DNA of 22,692 bases from Armatimonadota bacterium (GTDB lineage: Bacteria > Armatimonadota > UBA5829 > DTLH01), in assembly GCA_039680575.1 (NCBI GenBank), contig JBDKSP010000041.1, positions 1 through 22,692 on the forward strand, read 5' to 3'. Positions within the stretch are counted from its first letter, which is position 1. Each line of letters starts with the position of its first letter. Below are positions 1 through 8,492 of the stretch, piece by piece. Under the pieces are notes generated by a model. It worked only from the letters and a program-made list of their open reading frames with translations. It was not told where the DNA came from and did not search any database. The position numbers and the translations under genes are program-made.

Positions 1-73
1 GTTTCTAGTAGCAGCTATGGTAGAGTCCGGCTCTTGCAGAGCTCCCCGTGGTCCGGTGGGTCCACGGGGTAGA

Positions 74-99
74 TGGCCGGCACGGAGACCGGCCACTAC
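74..99 (-). repeat. REP-like element (GTAG + GC-rich palindrome)
   Basis: The minus strand reads GTAG-TGGCCGG-TCTCCGTG-CCGGCCA, the layout of RAYT-associated REPs. A second hairpin, CCCCGTGG...CCACGGGG, lies at 44-69. Confidence 0.5.
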
Positions 100-133
100 G
101 TCAAGCTGGCCTGCTATTAAGACAGGAGGTTAC

Positions 134-1117
134 TTAGCCGAGAGCTTCCCTTATATACACTCCCATTTTGCAGTAAGGAAGGTTCATTCGGAACTTATGG
201 CCTGATTCGTCGACGCTGGATAATAATCGGTCAAACCACTCGTCAAACTCCGCGCGAGTCATCGGCTGGAAGCGAACGTCCTCCGGTTTGCATTTAAACA
301 AGGGCTCTTCCCCGAACTGGCTGAAGGGTGAAACACATTCCGCCGGTACCGGCATTGCGAATGTGTCCTCTGTTACGCACGATTTTGCCGATTCCAACAA
401 CTGCTTTACGCTTTCTATATCGCTACCGGGGTAGCTGCCTTCAGCCATATCCTCTGCGGCATAGAAACTGAGCAACTGGCTCGCCATCGAGCCGTCCAAA
501 GGACGGTCTACCAGAAGAAACCATCCGTTGTACTTCTTAAGTCCACGGTCTACTGCTTTCCGAAAGTGCTCATGGCAGTAAAATCCGGCTGATTTCGATC
601 TGCCGGAGCATTCCAGATTGAAACATGCTCTTGGTGCGCCGCATTTTTGGCAGGGCCTCGGCCAAAAGACTTCCCAGAGAGCATGAGCAGCCGCTACGAC
701 GCCTGATAAAGCCAAAAAGGCTGCAGCAATGATGGTAACATCAAGCATAGGGGCTAGGCCACCTGATTTCCGCCTGAATCCGAATATACAGAACCCGGCA
801 AACTCCAGAATGACGAATGCAGCCGCGAGACTAAAGCAACCGGGAGCCGTTTGTTTAGAAACTGATGCTTTCTGCTGGCTGAAATTTCTTTCGCGCTGCC
901 GCCCAGCGATGATCTTTTTAATGACATAGACCAATCCATACGCTAGATAGGGGGCTGCGAGGGCGTAGGCATCCGCCCATTTGCCCATGTATGCCTTATA
1001 CAGTATCCAGAGCGGAAGCAGTATGAAAATTGTAACCGGCCAACTCCACCGGTTATATCGCCATTTCTCATACCAGGGAGGCATATCCCAGAACGATAGT
1101 TTCTGCTTATCACTCAT
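134..1117 (-). CDS. Hypothetical membrane protein with Cys/His cluster
   Basis: 327-aa ORF with about four hydrophobic segments followed by CQKC...C...C...CHEH; no family recognised. Confidence 0.7.
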   Translation of the reverse strand: MSDKQKLSFWDMPPWYEKWRYNRWSWPVTIFILLPLWILYKAYMGKWADAYALAAPYLAYGLVYVIKKIIAGRQRERNFSQQKASVSKQTAPGCFSLAAAFVILEFAGFCIFGFRRKSGGLAPMLDVTIIAAAFLALSGVVAAAHALWEVFWPRPCQKCGAPRACFNLECSGRSKSAGFYCHEHFRKAVDRGLKKYNGWFLLVDRPLDGSMASQLLSFYAAEDMAEGSYPGSDIESVKQLLESAKSCVTEDTFAMPVPAECVSPFSQFGEEPLFKCKPEDVRFQPMTRAEFDEWFDRLLSSVDESGHKFRMNLPYCKMGVYIREALG

Positions 1118-1146
1118 TGTCGCTACCGATAAATAAAAACCCCAAG

Positions 1147-2028
1147 TTACTGCTTATAATTCGCAATCGCTTTCTTCAGTTCCGCTATGTGTGCCGGGCT
1201 TGTTCCGCAGCAGCCGCCGATCAACTGCGCTCCGGCTTTTACGCACTTTAGGGCACCCTCTGCGAAGCCGTCCGGGCCTAAATTGAACCGGGCATGACCT
1301 TCGATCAGCTCAGGGACTCCTGCGTTCGGCTCGGCGATTATCGGTTTATCCGTAATCCCGCGTATTACAGCGATCACTTCGACCATCTGCTCGGGTGTCA
1401 TCCCTCCGCAGTTCGTTCCGATTATGTCCGCCCCGGCTTCGTCCAGCCTGCGGACGCACGACTCGACATCGTTTCCCATCATGGTCCGCGGCCCGGCGGC
1501 TCCGGGGTCGAACGACATGGAGGCAATTACCGGAAGAGATGTCGCGGACTTGCAGGCTTTCATAGCGACGACTGTCTCGTTCAGGGCTGTCATAGTCTCT
1601 ATGATGATAAGGTCGGCGCCTGCACTCTCAAGCGCCTTCGCCTGCTCGGAAAAGACCTCGTGGAACTGATCTTCGGTGTAGTCGCCGTAGGGCTCCATGA
1701 ACTGGCCTGTGGAGCTGATGTCTCCGGCGACATAAGCCTTATCCCCGGCAGATTTCCGGCAGATTTCTACACCGGCGGTGTTGTATTCGGCGATTTTGCC
1801 GGACTCACCCGACCGTTCTAGCGCGATCCGGTTTGCCGTAAGCGTATTTGTAATCAACACATCGGCTCCGGCGTCTATGTACGCCTTGTGAACGTCCATT
1901 ACGGTTTCGGGTGACTCTAGATTCGCATCTGGGCCGGGGTGTACACCTCGTTCTTCGAGCTGAGTGCCCATGGCTCCATCGAATATCAGTATCCGACCCT
2001 CACGGATCGACTCGAGAAACGGTTTCAT
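1147..2028 (-). CDS. Homocysteine S-methyltransferase family protein (stand-alone MetH Hcy-binding domain)
   Basis: DGAMGT, AGAD..TNT, ETM, GTNC, PNAG.P and IGGCCGT (Zn ligands) motifs; GAGGAG RBS upstream. Confidence 0.93.
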   Translation of the reverse strand: MKPFLESIREGRILIFDGAMGTQLEERGVHPGPDANLESPETVMDVHKAYIDAGADVLITNTLTANRIALERSGESGKIAEYNTAGVEICRKSAGDKAYVAGDISSTGQFMEPYGDYTEDQFHEVFSEQAKALESAGADLIIIETMTALNETVVAMKACKSATSLPVIASMSFDPGAAGPRTMMGNDVESCVRRLDEAGADIIGTNCGGMTPEQMVEVIAVIRGITDKPIIAEPNAGVPELIEGHARFNLGPDGFAEGALKCVKAGAQLIGGCCGTSPAHIAELKKAIANYKQ

Positions 2029-2365
2029 CTTCTCTCCTCAGGCTGATTATTTTCTGCGAGTATAGCGCGCGGACTGATTGAATGTCAAAATGGCTGTTCC
2101 TGAGTCACCTTTTATCCGCCTACATGTAGCCTATAGGGTGACAAAAATGCCGCTTAAGGTGATATCTATTCACCCATCAAATCATGACAGCTAGCGATAA
2201 TGATAACAATTTACAAAACCGTAACTTTATAACAAGGAAGATTAGCCCAAACGTGGCGAAGTAGCATGTACCGAGCGGGGGTATGGATACCCCCCTCCAT
2301 GGTAAAACATGGTCTGGCTACTCGGGTATCTTCATTTACAAAATTAAGCGGATAGGTTTGCAAAA

Positions 2366-2998
2366 ATGGAAATGAAGAACACGAAGAGGCTTCTGCTTGT
2401 GGACGACCATCAGATGTTCCGTGAAATGCTGGCACACATGCTATCGGCCCAGAAAGACATGGAAGTCGTTGGTACAGCTGGAACAATAGCTGAAGCGATC
2501 GATAAGATCGAGAAAACATGTCCTGATGTAGTAATCATCGATGTGATGATGCCCGACGGGTCGGGCATCGAGTTGGCGCAGTCATTCAAAACAAGTTACC
2601 CCGGCACGGCAATCATCTTCCTTACTGCCTGCAAAAACGAGGAAACGATTATTCAGGCAATGCGCGCAGGTGTAGCGGGTTATGTCATCAAAAACAGCTC
2701 GAGTGAGCAGTTGCTGGATGCCATAAGGACGGTATGTTCGGGCGAGTACGTCTTTTACCCTGCCCTGTCCGTATCGATATTTCAGCAGTTCGCAACTGCA
2801 CTGCGTTCTACCGAAATGTCCGATACAAACTACTCCGGCAAATTGTCGAAGAGAGAGACCGAGATTGCAACACTCATCTCGCAGGGGCTGACTTACAGGG
2901 AAATCGCAGAAACAACCTGCGTAAGCATCAATACCGTGAAGACCCACGTGCGAAGGATATACGAGCGTCTCGGTATATCTTCTCGCCGTGACCTATAG
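2366..2998 (+). CDS. NarL/LuxR-family response regulator (REC + LuxR HTH)
   Basis: LLVDDH, DVMMPD, GYVIK; HTH region LSKRETEI...GLTYREIA...SINTVKTHVRRIYERLG. Confidence 0.95.
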   Translation: MEMKNTKRLLLVDDHQMFREMLAHMLSAQKDMEVVGTAGTIAEAIDKIEKTCPDVVIIDVMMPDGSGIELAQSFKTSYPGTAIIFLTACKNEETIIQAMRAGVAGYVIKNSSSEQLLDAIRTVCSGEYVFYPALSVSIFQQFATALRSTEMSDTNYSGKLSKRETEIATLISQGLTYREIAETTCVSINTVKTHVRRIYERLGISSRRDL

Positions 2999-3403
2999 AT
3001 TTCCGGTAATTGCTAAAACTCTGTAAGTGCACTAGTCTTCCGGAATAGCATCTGATTATCTCTCTTGCCGGGAAAGAGTGACCGTCTTACGGCGAGTGCG
3101 CTTGGTTGCGTCTCACTCACGCTCCTGTTTTTGTGTTTCCTCACCCTTTATAAAGCCCGGAGAACCGGCGTGGTCCGCAAAAAAGGGTTACTAAATTTCA
3201 CCATTACAATCACCCCGAAAATCAGCCGGTTTCACGACAAAGAACCTCATCTGATATACCCAAAATGGTAACACGGTAGAAATACCGGGTTGGCTGAATG
3301 GATGCCGCACAACCCGAACTTCCCCTCTCCGCGGCTCATGCACCAATCCGTCTAGTTTTACTCGTAACTCATGAAATATGGTGAAATCACGGAGGATCGC
3401 CTT

Positions 3404-3844
3404 ATGAAATTACGAGCGCTCGTCATTGATGACTCAAGAGTAATGCGCAACATGGTAATGGAGTCCCTCCGCCGGACACAGTTAGCGGACTTCGAGTTTT
3501 CAGAAGCCGAAGACGGTGCCGACGGGGTCACGAAATTCAACCCGAAAGCCACAGATATTGTCTTCGTGGACTGGAATATGCCCAAAATGAGCGGCATAGA
3601 CTTCGTCCGCAAAATCCGCGCCACCCACAAAAACTGCGATGTCCCGATCATAATGGTGACCAGCGAAAAGACGATGGGCAAGGTCGAAGAAGCGCTGGAC
3701 AAAGCAGGCGCTAATGCTTACATAGCTAAACCGTTCACCATCGAATACATGCAGAAGAAAATCAGCCCTATCGTAAATGAGCTCGAAGCAAAGGGCGGTT
3801 CGAAACAAGGAAAGGGATTCTTCGGCAAACTGATGGGAGGCTAG
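3404..3844 (+). CDS. cheY: CheY-like single-domain response regulator with C-terminal amphipathic tail
   Basis: VIDDS, DWNMP, MVTS, AKPF. Start moved to ATG 3404 because GGAGG lies at 3391-3395. Confidence 0.9.
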   Translation: MKLRALVIDDSRVMRNMVMESLRRTQLADFEFSEAEDGADGVTKFNPKATDIVFVDWNMPKMSGIDFVRKIRATHKNCDVPIIMVTSEKTMGKVEEALDKAGANAYIAKPFTIEYMQKKISPIVNELEAKGGSKQGKGFFGKLMGG

Positions 3845-3911
3845 CAGCTTAAGCCGGTCAGAAAGAAAAATCAACTAAATCAATTTTGATCATAGCCTGA
3901 TGGAGTGACAT

Positions 3912-4424
3912 ATGGCAGATTTAAAAACAAATACACAGCAGATACCGGATGAGCTTTCAGAGTGTGTCAGGCAGTCTGTTTTAACAAATATTGAAATGAT
4001 GCTGGGCGTAGAGTTGTCCAGTCGAGATAGTGATGGGGTTGACCTGCCGTGCGAAGGGATAACAGGGATAATCTCCCTGATAGGCGATGTTTCATGGTCT
4101 CTTATGGTGTGTTTACCCCGCGATACAGCCACGGCTGTTGCGGTCGGGTTTGTCGGCTTCGAGGTTCCGTTCGAGAGTGCGGACATGGGCGATGTAGTCG
4201 GCGAGTTGGCGAACATCCTTGCAGGTGATATATCGGCAAGGCTGGACGCGCTCGGGGTCAAAGCGGCTCTGTCGCTTCCTACAGTGCTTCGCGGCAAAGA
4301 TATAGACCTTCTGTTGCCTGAAGGAACACCCAGTGTGCGGCATATTTTCAGTTCATCTTTGGGGCAGTTCTCTGTGAGAATAACCGCAGGCGAACCCAGC
4401 CATATGAGAAGGTCGGGAGAGTAA
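3912..4424 (+). CDS. cheX: CheX/CheC-family CheY-P phosphatase
   Basis: GIISLIGD, DVVGELANILAG (ExxN), LSLPTVLRG. Confidence 0.88.
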   Translation: MADLKTNTQQIPDELSECVRQSVLTNIEMMLGVELSSRDSDGVDLPCEGITGIISLIGDVSWSLMVCLPRDTATAVAVGFVGFEVPFESADMGDVVGELANILAGDISARLDALGVKAALSLPTVLRGKDIDLLLPEGTPSVRHIFSSSLGQFSVRITAGEPSHMRRSGE

Positions 4425-4428
4425 GGTT

Positions 4429-7008
4429 ATGAGTATTGTCGACGAAGGGATTGTCCAAAAATTCAGGAGGATTGCCGCCGATATCGCGGGGCTGGATAGA
4501 TCGAACCGGGAAGGGATAGTCCGCGTCGGCGCGGTCATGGAGCAAGCCATTTCGGAGATTCCAGAGGATATGTCCCGCCTGAGAGAGCTTCTCACACTGG
4601 GGCTCGAAGGACTACAGGTCCTCTATGAAGACAGCCATACCGATCCCGATGCTCTCTTCGCTGCCATCGGGCAGGGGGTTTCATCGGTACTGAACTATCT
4701 CTCGAACGAAGCCGGCGCTGAAGAGGAGACTGCGGTAAATGCAGCCCTAAACGGGATGCTGACCCAGCTCGGCAGGCAGGCCGATGAAGAATCCTCGGCG
4801 ACTGAGGCGTTATCGCTCGATGATGTGGCAGCACTCCTGATACAGCTCGATCCATCCGATTCCGAGGGTGTGACAAAAGTTGCAAATGAGCTCAAGTCAA
4901 TTACAGCAGATGATTCCTATAGCGCTTCAGTCAGAGAGAAGCTGTCAGAGGCAGTATCTCTCCTCGATGCTATGGCTGAGGGCGGAGACACAGACTCTGC
5001 TGAAGTTTGGGAAAATATTGGTTCCATCATCGAGTCCGCTATGGCTCTGATAGAAGACCCGGAGCTTATTATTTCAGCTCAATCCAGCCCTCAACCAAAC
5101 CCAGAACCGGAACCCGAGGCTGCGCCCGCAGTCCCAACGGCAGCCGCTCCTTCCGTGAGCACTGCGCAAGCTGAGATGCTGCCACCAGACTCGGACCCGG
5201 ACCTCCTGGGCGAGTTCATAACGGAATGCCGCGAATATATCACCGGAGCCGAAGCTGCGCTCCTTACCATAGAAACGGATCCCGAAGATTCGGAAGCGGT
5301 CAACACCGTTTTCCGGGCGTTCCACACTATCAAAGGCACATCCGCATTTCTTGGACTTGATCGCATATCCGAGCTCGCCCATAAAGCTGAATCGCTTTTG
5401 AGCCGTGTGCGGGATCACGAGATACTCTGCACGGGAGGCTATGCCGACCTGTCTCTCAGATCGACAGATATGCTGAAGGACCTGATCCAGGGAGTACAGG
5501 ATGCACTCGGCGGAGAGGCTATGTCCATCCCCGAAGAATACAATCAATTAATCGAGCTTCTCACAAACCCCGAAGCTAACGGCATCTCAGGCGAATCCGA
5601 AGCAGCCGCTGTTCCCAGACTGGGAGATATCCTCGTCGCCGAAGGAGTGACTGATCGTAAAGATGTCGAGCTTGCCGCCGCTAACCAGGGTCCCAGGCCT
5701 ATCGGTGAAGCAGTTGTAAGGTCAGAAAGCGCGTCCGTAACAGAAGTCGCAAAGGCATTAAGGACTCAACAGAAAGTTGCAGCGAGCGAGTCCTCGGTAG
5801 AATCATCGGTCAGGGTGCGTACTGACCGTCTGGACAGGTTGATAGATATGGTAGGCGAGCTGGTTATCGCCCAATCTATGGTTGCCGAGGACGAGACAAT
5901 TGTACTGGAAGGCCATCATGAACTGTCAAAAAAGGTCACCCACATGGGGAAGATCGTCCGCGATCTGCAGTACTTGAGCATGTCGATGCGGATGGTGCCG
6001 CTCAAGGCCACATTCCAGAAAATGGCTCGATTGGTGCGCGATGTCGCAAAGAAGAGCGGTAAAGTCGTCGAGTTCATCACAGAAGGCGACGATACGGAGA
6101 TCGACCGCAATATGGTCGATATTATAAATGATCCGCTTGTCCATATGGTACGAAATGCAGTAGACCACGGTGTGGAAGCCCCGGATGTTCGAGATTCCAT
6201 CGGCAAGCCCAGGACAGGAAAAGTGCGGCTTCTGGCTTATCACTCCGGCGGAAACGTCGTTGTCGAGATGCAGGACGACGGTAAGGGGCTCGACAGATCG
6301 AAGATCGTAGAGAAGGCCATCTCAAAAGGGCTTATCGAGTCCGACAAAGGGATGTCCGACGGTGAAGTATTCAATCTCATCTTTGAACCGGGTTTCTCTA
6401 CAGCCGACAAGGTGACGGATATCTCCGGCAGAGGTGTAGGTCTCGATGTAGTCAAAAAGAACGTCGAGGTTATCAGAGGCCGCATCGAAATAGCATCAGA
6501 GCTTGGCAAGGGATGCACGTTTATTATGCGCTTGCCGCTGACTCTTGCCGTAACGGACGGGATGCTGGTCAGAGTCGGAGAAGAAAGGTTTATCGTTCCT
6601 ACTCTCAATATCCACAAGAGCTTCCAGCCTGACCGCGAAGCACTGACCACGGTGACCGGTCGAGGAGAGATGGTGATGCTCCGCGGCGAATTGATGCCGA
6701 TATTCCGGCTGCACCGCCTGTTCAATATCAGGGACGCTATCGAAGACCCGATCAAAGGGATCTTAATGATCCTCGACGACGGCGATAGGAAATGCGCTCT
6801 TCTTGTAGATGAGCTGCTCGGTCAGCAGCATGTAGTGGCGAAATCACTGGGAGAAGGAATAGGCAACATCCCCGGTATCTCCGGCGGAGCAATCCTCGGA
6901 GACGGATGTGTAGGTCTGATCGTGGACCCGTCCGAAATAACCGCATTAGCCAGGCAAACCGCGTCTGGCTGCGACGAAAACGAAGCAGTATGCAGAAAAG
7001 CCGCCTAA
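4429..7008 (+). CDS. cheA: Chemotaxis histidine kinase CheA with long N-terminal extension and MshEN-like motif
   Basis: Hpt FRAFHTIKG; dimerisation RLDRLIDMVGELVI; HATPase DPLVHMVRNAVDHG, DDGKG, GRGVGLDVV; C-terminal CheW-like P5 domain. Confidence 0.97.
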   Translation: MSIVDEGIVQKFRRIAADIAGLDRSNREGIVRVGAVMEQAISEIPEDMSRLRELLTLGLEGLQVLYEDSHTDPDALFAAIGQGVSSVLNYLSNEAGAEEETAVNAALNGMLTQLGRQADEESSATEALSLDDVAALLIQLDPSDSEGVTKVANELKSITADDSYSASVREKLSEAVSLLDAMAEGGDTDSAEVWENIGSIIESAMALIEDPELIISAQSSPQPNPEPEPEAAPAVPTAAAPSVSTAQAEMLPPDSDPDLLGEFITECREYITGAEAALLTIETDPEDSEAVNTVFRAFHTIKGTSAFLGLDRISELAHKAESLLSRVRDHEILCTGGYADLSLRSTDMLKDLIQGVQDALGGEAMSIPEEYNQLIELLTNPEANGISGESEAAAVPRLGDILVAEGVTDRKDVELAAANQGPRPIGEAVVRSESASVTEVAKALRTQQKVAASESSVESSVRVRTDRLDRLIDMVGELVIAQSMVAEDETIVLEGHHELSKKVTHMGKIVRDLQYLSMSMRMVPLKATFQKMARLVRDVAKKSGKVVEFITEGDDTEIDRNMVDIINDPLVHMVRNAVDHGVEAPDVRDSIGKPRTGKVRLLAYHSGGNVVVEMQDDGKGLDRSKIVEKAISKGLIESDKGMSDGEVFNLIFEPGFSTADKVTDISGRGVGLDVVKKNVEVIRGRIEIASELGKGCTFIMRLPLTLAVTDGMLVRVGEERFIVPTLNIHKSFQPDREALTTVTGRGEMVMLRGELMPIFRLHRLFNIRDAIEDPIKGILMILDDGDRKCALLVDELLGQQHVVAKSLGEGIGNIPGISGGAILGDGCVGLIVDPSEITALARQTASGCDENEAVCRKAA

Positions 7009-7053
7009 ACGGCCGCATGCAAAAGTCTCGAAAGGAGTAGTTGTTGTAGTAAG

Positions 7054-8217
7054 ATGAGACGAATTGCACTATTTATTTTTGTAATGGTTTTTTGTCTGGC
7101 TCTGTCCGGCGCTTTTGCCGAGACACCCGGTTCCACGGATGCTGTTATCAAGGCACTTGTGGACAAGGGGCTTATAACAGAAGCCGATGTTGCAAAGGCG
7201 CAGCAGGAACTCGATAAGCAGGCTAAACCGGCTGCGTCCGTTCCTGTCGTCAGCAAACAGGAAATAAAATTGAGCGGTTTTGTGCAGGAGAGATATACTC
7301 ACTCCAACCAGCAGGACTTCAATGACTCGCTGGAAACAAAAAGAGCCCGTTTGATCCTGTCCGGTAACCCGACTGATAAACTGGATTTCTTCATTCAGAC
7401 GGACCTGGCAGGTTCCAGAACCGTCGTCTCCGCAATCGACTTTGTCACTCCCGGCACAACAACCACCAAAGTAAGTAAACCGGTGCTCTTGAGTGCAGTA
7501 GTCGGTTATAAGCTGAACGCATCGAACAAACTGTCTATTGGACAGTTCGGCGTCCCATTCGGCCTGGAAAATACCACTGCAGCTTGGAACCTGGACTTCA
7601 TCAACATTCCGACAGTGGTCAGTGAGTTGGTACCGGGAAGGGACCCCAATGCTATAGGATATGACCAGGGTATTCAGTTATATGGAGGCACCCATAATCG
7701 AAGCGGTAAGCTCACTTCCTTATATACACTGGCACTGCTAAATGGTTCAGGACTGACCACCGATGACACTAATGACAGAAAAGACCCTGACATCCATCTG
7801 GTCTTTAATCCGTTAAGCAAGTTCGCGTTCGGTGGTTCATACTATGACGGCGCGGTAGGCCCAACCAAGGTTGATTTTATCCGCACCGGTTACGAAGCCG
7901 TGTATAAGACTGCTCCGTGGACACTTAAGAGTGAGTACATAATTGGAAGAGACGGGACCTTACATAAAAAGGGATGGTATGTAACGCTTCTCAGACAGTT
8001 GACCAAGAGCGGCCTTCAGCTCGCTGCTCGCTATGATCGATACGATCCGAACACGGACGCAGATGACAACGCACTGAAAACACTGACCGCTGGATTCAAC
8101 TGGTTCCTGGATGAAAAAGGTTACTCCAAGTGGCAGTTGAACTACGAGCGCAGGCGTGAGGAAGGCGCTCAGATCGCAAACGACCGGCTGATGGCCCAGT
8201 TCCAGGCCGGATTCTAG
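7054..8217 (+). CDS. Outer-membrane beta-barrel porin (OprO/OprP-like putative porin)
   Basis: Signal peptide, KRARL..SG, GQFGVPFGLE, ARYDRYD, GFNWF, alternating beta-strands and C-terminal Phe (AQFQAGF). Confidence 0.8.
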   Translation: MRRIALFIFVMVFCLALSGAFAETPGSTDAVIKALVDKGLITEADVAKAQQELDKQAKPAASVPVVSKQEIKLSGFVQERYTHSNQQDFNDSLETKRARLILSGNPTDKLDFFIQTDLAGSRTVVSAIDFVTPGTTTTKVSKPVLLSAVVGYKLNASNKLSIGQFGVPFGLENTTAAWNLDFINIPTVVSELVPGRDPNAIGYDQGIQLYGGTHNRSGKLTSLYTLALLNGSGLTTDDTNDRKDPDIHLVFNPLSKFAFGGSYYDGAVGPTKVDFIRTGYEAVYKTAPWTLKSEYIIGRDGTLHKKGWYVTLLRQLTKSGLQLAARYDRYDPNTDADDNALKTLTAGFNWFLDEKGYSKWQLNYERRREEGAQIANDRLMAQFQAGF

Positions 8218-8234
8218 GAAAATCTTACGAAGTG

Positions 8235-8258
8235 GGGAGGCCTCTATAGAGGCCTCCC
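8235..8258. repeat. Perfect 24-bp palindrome after the porin stop
   Basis: GGGAGGCCTCTA|TAGAGGCCTCCC, with no flanking T-tract. Confidence 0.8.
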
Positions 8259-8291
8259 AATGGGGCAGACTGTGCCCGATGATTTTATGCT

Positions 8292-8335
8292 TACACCTGA
8301 GACTCTCCCGGAAAATTTCCGGCGATAGTTGGTAT
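8292..8335 (+). repeat. Structured dispersed repeat A, copy 1
   Basis: TACACCTGAGACTCTCCCGGAAAATTTCCGGCGATAGTTGGTAT aligns with 14794-14836. Confidence 0.75.
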
Positions 8336-8492
8336 CACAGAGGCTGATTACATTTGAAGATCAGGACGAATCTTCTGTCGGAGTTCCTGATCCTAAGATA
8401 AAGACAACCTCAACAACCTGCTCCAGGACCTTGATGATGGGTTCCAGCAGGCAGCCGTTGGCGCGAGCATGTCAGTGAGAAGGTAATACGGT

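Noticed and set aside
3065..3271. 68-aa ORF between the regulator and cheY
   Set aside because: TTG start with no RBS and no recognisable motif; more likely promoter DNA.
7141..7215. LVDKGLITEADV in the porin as an MshEN half-motif
   Set aside because: No RLG, it follows a signal peptide (periplasmic), and it is a common N-terminal helix of putative porins.
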